64,000 bases of DNA from Candidatus Marinacidobacterales bacterium. Lineage in GTDB: Bacteria; Acidobacteriota; Vicinamibacteria; Marinacidobacterales; SMYC01. Within the stretch, counting starts at the first letter, position 1. Each line of letters begins with the position of its first letter. The stretch spans positions 160,001 to 224,000 of the forward strand of contig CBDCYI010000004.1 in assembly GCA_965224085.1 (NCBI GenBank). The letters are read 5' to 3'. Position numbers and translations under genes: made by a program. The notes beneath the pieces were generated by a model. The model had not been told where the DNA came from, searched no databases, and saw only the letters and a program-made list of their open reading frames with translations. This document shows, piece by piece, positions 56,644-64,000 of the stretch.

Positions 56644-57084
56644 AACAGTTGGCTGGACTCGTGCGCTTTCGACTCCGACTACCCAGACCAAGGGAACGCG
56701 ATAAAGGAAATACTTGTTCTATACTGCGACGGTACACTGGCTGGCCGCGTACACATCCCAGACTCCGTAAAAAAGGAGATTGACCATCCCAGAACTCCGG
56801 CCACCGTCAAGGCGGACGCGGCAAGCCTTTCTTACTCACTGCCCGTTGAACCGACGGCCGAGGAAGGGTTGAAACTGCGAGAGATCGAGAGCGTTCTTGC
56901 GGGAAACGGAAAGCGCGAGACAATACAAGCCGACGCCAAACACGTTGCCGAATCGATCAAGTGGGGTGGGTACTTCATCACCTGTGATGATGGAATTCTC
57001 AAGAGGGACGGGCTCAAGGCTTTGGGTGCAAACGTCCTGCTACCGAGCGAGTTTCTGGCTCTCGTTAAAGTCAACCTACCGTAA
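56644..57084 (+). pseudogene. PIN-fold protein lacking its start
   Basis: Open frame from the TIR: WLDSCAF, KKEIDHPRTP, ADAKHV, YFITCD. Confidence 0.6.
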
Positions 57085-57402
57085 AACCCGCTGCTGAGTA
57101 CCGGACGAAACCTTGAAGATGCTTCGCATCCAGCGTGGCCAAAGTTCGTCGATGAACAGACCGGCCTCGAGTTCGGGGGGCCGCCGGCGCACCATGGTTG
57201 CCGATGTGGTAAACGGTTCATCTTGAGGCGCACACGTAGACCGATGGGCGAGGAGGAAGCGGCCTAGCAGAGACAGCGGCGAGCGGTGCTCGTCGCGAGT
57301 CGTAGAATCTGTGTCACCTTGCTGAGCTCGACAGGAAATCGAAGCGGATGACCTTATTGGGATCGCCCGACCGGTAGCTCTGCACGAAAGCCTTGTCGAT
57401 CG

Positions 57403-58374
57403 CTACCTCAACGGTCCAGCCGTCGACGAGCTCTTGCAGCGGCGGCTCCGGCACGATATCCGGATAGCCACCGTCGACGGGGTAGACCTGAAGGGAGGCC
57501 AGGAATTCGTTAAGAGCCGATCAAGAAACGGAGCTACCAATTGCTCGTATCGCTCCTGCGCAGAGGACCGCTCCGACATGCGGCGATCGAGGGGCGTCAT
57601 GGGGGCTGGATACTCCCGAGGATCCCCATACCCAGTCCAAATCGCGTCTGCCGGAAATACGAAATGAACGCGTTCGCGATCGCCAGCTTTGAGCATGCCG
57701 TGCAGCGTCATCTGGGCGTTCCGAAGTGTACAGAAAATGAAATCGCCCCCGCTAAACACGACCCGCTCGGCGTCCACCACGATCTGGTGCTCCTGCCCCT
57801 CACTCACGACCGCCAGATCGGGCTGGCGGTCCTCGGTGTACCAGAACGGGTAGTCCTGGCTAACGAAGTAGACGACCGGATGCCCGCGTGCCTTGAACTC
57901 GCGCACCAGCCGGTCTATTCCGGGCTTGGCCACCGCAGTGTGATCCCACCCGTCCAGATTGGCATGGCCGACGAAGAGCACCACCGCCCCGGCGATACGA
58001 TCTAACTCTGTGTGATGCGTGGTGGGGATCGGTGGCCTTGCAACCGGCTCGACTTCGATTGAAAGCACCCGCTCGCCGACGTCACTGCGCACGAGCACCT
58101 CGGACCTCCCGGGGGACACCGCTTCGAGCCGAATCGAATCGACCACCCGGACCACCGCGGGGTCCTTGCTCTCTAGGCTGTAGTCTTCGACGAAATTCGG
58201 CGCTCCATCCCGGCGGTACATGACCGTGTAGTGGATCTCGTCACCCACGCGCAGACGTGAGTGCGCCGGGTAGATCTCCAGACGGGACTGCGGTGTCTGC
58301 GCACAGCTAGCAATGACGACCGTCGCGGCGACACTAGAAAAAACCAGGCCGCACTTCTGGCTCGTCATACTCAT
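57403..58374 (-). CDS. Lipoprotein: Ig-like plus isochorismatase-like domain; 3' end possibly frameshifted
   Basis: IASC lipobox, VRVVD..AVSPG Ig-like segment, FSGGDFIFC. Confidence 0.5.
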   Translation of the reverse strand: MSMTSQKCGLVFSSVAATVVIASCAQTPQSRLEIYPAHSRLRVGDEIHYTVMYRRDGAPNFVEDYSLESKDPAVVRVVDSIRLEAVSPGRSEVLVRSDVGERVLSIEVEPVARPPIPTTHHTELDRIAGAVVLFVGHANLDGWDHTAVAKPGIDRLVREFKARGHPVVYFVSQDYPFWYTEDRQPDLAVVSEGQEHQIVVDAERVVFSGGDFIFCTLRNAQMTLHGMLKAGDRERVHFVFPADAIWTGYGDPREYPAPMTPLDRRMSERSSAQERYEQLVAPFLDRLLTNSWPPFRSTPSTVAIRISCRSRRCKSSSTAGPLR

Positions 58375-58533
58375 TATCAGCCTACTTGCGGTCGTGAGAA
58401 GACACGTGCCATGTCGCTATCATGCCCAGAAACGGCGCCAAAGCGTCGGCGGCATCCAAGGCCGCGATCTCTTCGCGAATACCGGGCCGGGCCGAGCGAC
58501 GGATGGTACCAGACTTTCGGACTTGCCAAGTCG

Positions 58534-61188
58534 CTACGGCGTAAACCAAATTGGCGAGGTGTAAGCGCGTTCCTGGTGGCTCAGTGGCACAGCTTCGGGC
58601 ATCGTGATACTGAAGAACTTGGCGTCATAGGCCTGCCAAGTCGGCGTCGGGATCTCAAGCACACGAGCGTAATACACGGCGCGCTGATCCGGATCGAAAT
58701 CCGGATCCGTCCAGACCGCGCGCAACTCGGCATCTCCGATGTTGTTCAAGTACGTCGCGTCGGCTTCATCAACCGTGTTGCCAACCGGGTGTTTACAGCG
58801 GCCGTCGGGACCGATGCTGCGTCCATCGGAAACAGCCACGTCATAAACCTTCTCGTGGCGTTCCCCCTTTTCATCCATCCAGCCCTTGATGATCTGAATG
58901 CGGTCAAGATTGCCGGACCAGGGGTCCTTCAACGCGCCCACCAGGAAGGTCGGGCCGTCTTTCCCTACTGGACGTTTGGGCAGATCGCCGCCCATCGGCA
59001 CGCCTTTGCTGTAGCCGATGGCGACGGCGTCCGGCCGGTAGGCGTCGTTTTCCCCATAGTCCCAACCGCCGAACAAACGCACTGTGAGTCGCGTACCGGT
59101 AGTAGCATAGGTTTCTTTCTTCTGCATCGCTTCGAAGAGCGCCTCGCGCGTGTTCTCGCGGGCCCAGACCCCAGCGAGCCCCGAGGCGAGCGTCTCGTAC
59201 GAATAGGTCGTCAGCGCATCGTTGCCAGCGACGGACCCGATCACAACGTGCTCCCAGCGATCGGGAGACGGCTCCATGGTCGGGGTCTTGCTCCAGGTGT
59301 TCTCGTCCCGGGTTGTGGCCAGCGAGGTGTGCGCGTCGGTGCTCCCGATCATGCCGAACTTGTAAGGGTTGACACCGAGCTTTTGCTCCTGCTGGAGACC
59401 CACCTGCAGGGCGGTGCGGGCGTATTCATACTGAAGCATCCAGTCCTCTTTGGGCTTGAGGCCAGCAATGTCACCTTTGTCCCATGTGCCGTAGTCGGCA
59501 AACTCGTCTTTGGGAGAGAGGAACGGATGCGCCTCGCCGTCGCCCTTCATCTGGGTGACCTCGTAAAGAGGTTCCCATCGGATGCGCGCCTCGGCGTACG
59601 CTCGGTCGATCGGTTGGCCGTTCAGCCGCTCGAGCGGGAACATCTGCCCATTGGAGACATTGCCGTTGTGGGCGATGGCGAGAACGCTCCCGCCGGTCTT
59701 CTCTTCGTAGGCCGCCATGTACTCCCACAGATTCTCCAGATCGTTCGAGTGCACCGTGCTGAAGGGTAGGACCCGCCCCACCTTGTTGCCGCCGTCTTTG
59801 AAGATGACGACCCGGTGCAGATTGCCCGGCGTTTCCGACGTGGCAATCGAGCTCCATTCGAAGCCGATCAAGGCAGTGAATTGTCCGGGCTCGTTGTATT
59901 CCTCGGCGAAGGCGATCTGACGCTCCCAGACCGTGCGTGTCATCTTCGGATTGCTGATCGGATCTTTGTTTACGGTGACAGCATCCGCGAGCCACAGCTG
60001 GAACGCATCGCGGCCCTTGCCGGCCTTCACCAGGTCGTGGACCCTTCGGCCCCACTCGTTCTTGAAGAGCTCCGGGTTGGACTCTGCGATCATCGGAGCG
60101 AGCCCCAGGTTCTCGGCGTGGTCTGCCACCACGAGAAAGTCCAGGGGACGGATCAGACGGACTCGCAGTCCCGCAGCTGACAGAACTTGCCACAGGGAAT
60201 CAGGGTGGTAGGGATTGAGCCGCATGGCCTTTCGTATCCAGGTCGCGGATTCCTCGTGGTGGCCGCGGAAGCAGTGGATCTGCCCCATCGCGCACACCTG
60301 GCGATCGTCGTTCGGGTTTAGAAGAAGACCCCGCTCCTGGTACGACTGGGCGCTCGCGAGATCGTGGCGGATCATGGCGATATGGGCGAGGATCCGGTAC
60401 GACTCGGCGTCCTGTTTGTCGAGCTCGCGGGCGTGCTCAGCGGCCTGTTGCGCGAGAGCGATGAGCGCTTCGTCCTCATCCGGGCGGTAGGCCCGGGCCT
60501 GCCCCAGCCCACAGGCGAGCCAGGCGTGTGCGGGGGCGAAGTTGGGGTCGCGCTCGATGGCACGCTCGAACATCTCGATCGCTTTCTGGCAGTCCTCCGC
60601 CGTGTAGCGGTGATGGTGGTCTTTGCCGCGGAGCACGTAGTCATAGGTGTCGAGTCGCTCGGGCGGCAGGCGGCGCGCGTGGGCGAGGCGCGAGGCTTCG
60701 ACGCGTCCCGCGAGAGTCGACACGACGGTGGCGCTGATCTCATCCTGGACCAGGAAGACGTCCTCGGGCTCCCGGTCGAACTTTTGGGCCCACACGTGCT
60801 TGCCGCTCGTCGCGTCGACGAGCTGGATGTTGATTCGGACGCGAGCTCCGGCTCGTCGTACGCTTCCCTGCACGATGAACTGGGCCTCGAGCTCTCGCCC
60901 AATCTGCTGCACGGTCAGATCACGATCGCGGTAGGCGAACGCCGACGCACGAGCAATCACCAGAAGGGATCCGAAGCGGGAAAGCGCCGTGGTGATATCC
61001 TCAGTAATTCCGTCGACGAAGTAGTCTTCGTTCCGTGCGAGAAGCTCCATGAGGGAACGGTGGGCTGGCTCGCAAGCAGGATCCATCGCGAGTCGCCGTC
61101 GATGGAGCTCCATGGCTTCCTCGAGCTTGCCTTCGTCGAGACGGGCGTCGGCGAGTCTCTGGAGAACGGACAAGGCCTGTTCTCTCAA
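58534..61188 (-). CDS. Chimeric ORF: BTAD fragment, TolB-like/TPR region, DUF3604 lacking its N-terminus
   Basis: DPACEPAHRSLM | DYFVDGITEDITTALSRF..AMRLNP | RLIRPLDFLVVADHAE...[12 protein letters not shown]. Confidence 0.7.
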   Translation of the reverse strand: MREQALSVLQRLADARLDEGKLEEAMELHRRRLAMDPACEPAHRSLMELLARNEDYFVDGITEDITTALSRFGSLLVIARASAFAYRDRDLTVQQIGRELEAQFIVQGSVRRAGARVRINIQLVDATSGKHVWAQKFDREPEDVFLVQDEISATVVSTLAGRVEASRLAHARRLPPERLDTYDYVLRGKDHHHRYTAEDCQKAIEMFERAIERDPNFAPAHAWLACGLGQARAYRPDEDEALIALAQQAAEHARELDKQDAESYRILAHIAMIRHDLASAQSYQERGLLLNPNDDRQVCAMGQIHCFRGHHEESATWIRKAMRLNPYHPDSLWQVLSAAGLRVRLIRPLDFLVVADHAENLGLAPMIAESNPELFKNEWGRRVHDLVKAGKGRDAFQLWLADAVTVNKDPISNPKMTRTVWERQIAFAEEYNEPGQFTALIGFEWSSIATSETPGNLHRVVIFKDGGNKVGRVLPFSTVHSNDLENLWEYMAAYEEKTGGSVLAIAHNGNVSNGQMFPLERLNGQPIDRAYAEARIRWEPLYEVTQMKGDGEAHPFLSPKDEFADYGTWDKGDIAGLKPKEDWMLQYEYARTALQVGLQQEQKLGVNPYKFGMIGSTDAHTSLATTRDENTWSKTPTMEPSPDRWEHVVIGSVAGNDALTTYSYETLASGLAGVWARENTREALFEAMQKKETYATTGTRLTVRLFGGWDYGENDAYRPDAVAIGYSKGVPMGGDLPKRPVGKDGPTFLVGALKDPWSGNLDRIQIIKGWMDEKGERHEKVYDVAVSDGRSIGPDGRCKHPVGNTVDEADATYLNNIGDAELRAVWTDPDFDPDQRAVYYARVLEIPTPTWQAYDAKFFSITMPEAVPLSHQERAYTSPIWFTP

Positions 61189-61397
61189 CTGCGTGCGTAG
61201 ACCGGGAACTCAACGGCGCCGAGCATCTTCTCCTTGGCGGGCGTTGCCGTTTCCTCGGCCAGGGCGAGCGAGCCGGCACCGAGCACCCAGGCCAGGACCA
61301 CGAGCCCCATCGGGCGAACGGAATTACATTGGAGCGTCCGCGCGTAAGAGCGTGTCTCGACTGCGGACGTCCCTGACTGAGACTTGCTATTGGACAT
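61185..61397 (-). pseudogene. Orphan N-terminus of an exported protein
   Basis: GGGAG RBS, signal peptide, LGAVEFPV then abrupt end. Confidence 0.5.
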
Positions 61398-61599
61398 GAT
61401 TTATCTCCCTTCCAGGTGTTCCAACTCTCTGACTTGCTATACGCATCATGCCCTGACGCCCGCCTTCGTACCGTCTTTCGGGGCGTCTGTGTGCCGTCTA
61501 TTAGGCGTCTAAAGGTGCTTGCGCCCTAGGAGGTGAGCATGGGGTGCGCTTCTGGGGAACGAGCTGCGGTGGTGGGAGGCTGAGTTGCGGTTCTAGCTC

Positions 61600-61999
61600 A
61601 TGAGCTGCGGCGCTGGTGTGGCATGCTTGTGCTTCCTCGGAGAGATCTATGGCTTCGGTTGTACGCCAGGTCGAAGCCGATCGCGAATAGCTGGGCGGTT
61701 CGGGCGGTCGGCCGGTGCCGTCAACTCATTTCCCTTCACGTCGGAGCTCGACCCGAGCGCCGCACAACCGCTCACCTTTCTCGGCGAGCTCTACTTGAAG
61801 AAAAGCGACTTCGAAGGAGCCATCGCATCGTTCTAGAGGGGCCCGTCGCCCAGACGCCGACTATTTCGAAGCCTATTACCACCTCGCGCAAGCCTACCGT
61901 CGCGCGGGGCGAACGGGTGACGCACGCACGGCCTTCGAAACCTACGAAAAGCTGAAACAAAGCGAACGCGGCCTATCTCGCAACGAGAACCAACGCTGA
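61600..61999 (+). pseudogene. TPR protein fragments
   Basis: LDPSAAQPLTFLGELYLK, stop/frameshift, YFEAYYHLAQAYRRAG. Confidence 0.55.
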
Positions 62000-62145
62000 T
62001 CCCCGAACGTTACCGCCGCCACGGTCCGGTCTCTTGGTTGAATCCCTCGCCGAGAAGGCAGAGGCGCCGGAACGGCATCGCCTCGCGTAAGCGCCTCGAG
62101 CGCGTCTTCGTGCCGGCCCGGGGCGACAGCACATACCCTCCGTAG

Positions 62146-62301
62146 AAGCTCTTCCGCGTCGGGCGTCACCTGTTGCGTGCTCCTAATCATCGAGATCTCA
62201 GAGGCCGTGCATTCCTCGCGTGGGACGCGGCACCAATCGCGACGTGATCCGAACGGCCAACGTCACTCCGGCGGCGCCGGCGTGCGTGCGCAACGTCAAC
62301 T
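62146..62301 (+). mobile_element. IS6-family 3' remnant; right IR continues at 63784-63792
   Basis: KLFRVGRHLLRAPNHRDLRGRAFLAWDAA* (stop 62245-62247) aligns with the C-terminus of the 9025-9729 transposase. Confidence 0.85.
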
Positions 62302-62311
62302 AATAAGAAAC

Positions 62312-63565
62312 TCAGGGTGTAGCGTTGGCAAGAGGTGTGAGAGTGACGTCAAAACCGAGCTCCCTTAGGCGTCGTGTCATTCGTATTGTGAGCTGTTCCT
62401 TGTCGCGTTGATGGAAGTAATCGGCACCCAGTTCCCGGTATGGAATCTCATTGTGGAGCATGTAGTAGACGGCGGTGATGATGGAGGCGGCGACGGCGAC
62501 GACAGCTTTCTTGGGGCCCCGACGAGATTTGAGCCGGAAGAACTGGGCACGCAGATAGCTGTCGCGCTTGCGGCTTGCCGCCCAAGCGGCTTGGACAAGA
62601 GCGGTCTTGAGCCATGGAGCCCCTTTGCGGGTTTTCTGAGAAAAGCGTTTACCGGCACTCTCATGAAGCCGTGGGCATAGACCGGCCCAAGAGCGAAGGT
62701 GTCCGGCCGTTGGGAATGCCGAGACATCGGGTCCGATCTCGGCGACGAGAATGGCCGCCGTGGCTTCACTGATGCCCGGGATCGTCACCAGAAGCTCGAC
62801 GGCCGATCGAAAAGGGCGCAGGCTCTCTGTGATACGGGATTCGAGCGCGCTCACTGAGGCTTCAAGCTGCTCGATATGATTGAGATGAAAACCCAACAGG
62901 AAACGATGATGGTCGGTAACGTAGCCCTCGAGCGCTGCGCTCAATTCCTGTTCAGTGGCTTTGAGTCGGCTTGAGCCCAGCTCACTCAGCTTGTGAGGGT
63001 CGCTTTCTCCCGCAATGATCGCTCGGAGAATCGCCCGCCCGCTTACTCCCAAAATCGTGCTAATCACGCTCGTCAATTTGATGTTCGCGTCTTCCAACGT
63101 CTTTTGAATTCGCTGGGTCTCCCGAGCGATTTCTCGAACGAACTGCTTTCGCGTTCGGGTCAGCTCTCGCAGTTCCTGGATCGGCGTTGGCGGAACGAAG
63201 CTAGCTCGAATGAGACCATGGGCAAGCAAATCCGCTATCCACAAGGCATCACTGATATCGCTCTTACGACCCGGCATGTTCTTGACGTGGGCCGGTTGTG
63301 CCAACACCAACTCAAAATGACCTTCGAGCACATGCCACACCGGCTTCCAATACACTCCGGTCGCTTCCATCGCTACAATCGTGCAACCGCACTGCCCCAG
63401 CCAATCCAACATTTCCAGCAATTCGCTCGTGGCCGTGCCGAACACACGCGTCTCGCGCACCACCTTCCGCTTCGTCGCTACCCGCACGCAAGCCGTAATC
63501 GATTTCTGGTGGACGTCCAATCCGGCGCATCGCTTATGAACCACTCTCATCGCAGCCTCCTTCAC
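62312..63565 (-). CDS. IS110-family DEDD recombinase/transposase
   Basis: 417-aa translation identical to 9791-11044. Confidence 0.95.
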   Translation of the reverse strand: MKEAAMRVVHKRCAGLDVHQKSITACVRVATKRKVVRETRVFGTATSELLEMLDWLGQCGCTIVAMEATGVYWKPVWHVLEGHFELVLAQPAHVKNMPGRKSDISDALWIADLLAHGLIRASFVPPTPIQELRELTRTRKQFVREIARETQRIQKTLEDANIKLTSVISTILGVSGRAILRAIIAGESDPHKLSELGSSRLKATEQELSAALEGYVTDHHRFLLGFHLNHIEQLEASVSALESRITESLRPFRSAVELLVTIPGISEATAAILVAEIGPDVSAFPTAGHLRSWAGLCPRLHESAGKRFSQKTRKGAPWLKTALVQAAWAASRKRDSYLRAQFFRLKSRRGPKKAVVAVAASIITAVYYMLHNEIPYRELGADYFHQRDKEQLTIRMTRRLRELGFDVTLTPLANATP

Positions 63566-63779
63566 GTCGCACCGGCGTGGAGCCCACGAACTTGTAATCT
63601 AATAGACGCGCTCAACTATCCCAGCTGGAATAGAAAACGCAATTTGGGGTACGCGCAGGACTCCCAGCCAAACTTGACAACGGGCTCAGTCGCACCAACG
63701 TTAAGCCGACCTCTGAGCCGGTGCCACCTTCACAGACTACCGCGTTTCATTCATTCGGGGTGGCCGTCAGGCCGTGGAA
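63566..63779. ncRNA. Candidate bridge/seek RNA, copy 2
   Basis: Same sequence as 11045-11258. Confidence 0.65.
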
Positions 63780-64000
63780 AACTTGACAATACGCCACGAC
63801 AACTTCTCGTCTCACAGCGCCGTATGGTAACCGGCGTCGCGGTCTGCGAGTTACAACAGATCCGCCGCCATACGGGATCGAGCGAGCCGTCGATTCATTC
63901 CGTTCCCGCACAGCTTCGCAAGGAATGGAATCTTCCGTTGAAGTGTGGGATGATCCTTTGCGTCCAACAAGATGTTTATCGAGCCCGGAGCCCATCTTCA

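Larger units (their letters stand above)
62302..63779 (-). mobile_element. IS110-family element, copy 2
   Basis: Same sequence as copy 1 (offset 52521); AACT at 62298-62301 and 63780-63783. Confidence 0.9.

Noticed and set aside
9791-63565. Composite transposon bounded by the two IS110 copies
   Set aside because: The intervening 51 kb is ordinary chromosomal content, and each copy has its own IS6-IR target.
63747-63995. 82-aa ORF at the window end
   Set aside because: Runs into the IS110 end and has no recognisable motif.

Overview
GC-rich bacterial DNA; the ADOP/MacB-type permease and overall gene style suggest Acidobacteriota (Vicinamibacteria-like), which is an inference. The window holds a glycan-modification cluster (1-7.4 kb), a sulfonate catabolism set (an xsc operon; DASS transporter, sauS and a SucCD-like CoA ligase), a TonB receptor with a CxxC/RAPP leader ORF, pruA, kynA/kynU, a DsrE/F/H-like triad, and many deleted, fused or frameshifted genes. 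Main finding: two apparently identical IS110 elements (9781-11258, 62302-63779) each sit at the same position (CAACGTC-AACT-TGACAATAC) inside the right inverted repeat of an IS6 element. One IS6 is intact; the other is a diverged remnant missing from the ORF track. The IS110 non-coding end carries short matches to this target, as expected of a bridge/seek RNA programmed against another IS family. Also present are a TTAA-flanked 189-bp MITE in a phasin pseudogene, a TIR-bounded cargo cassette with no transposase, and a miniature IS110 relic. I recognised no rRNA, tRNA or CRISPR array. All family calls come from motifs read by eye; no searches were run.
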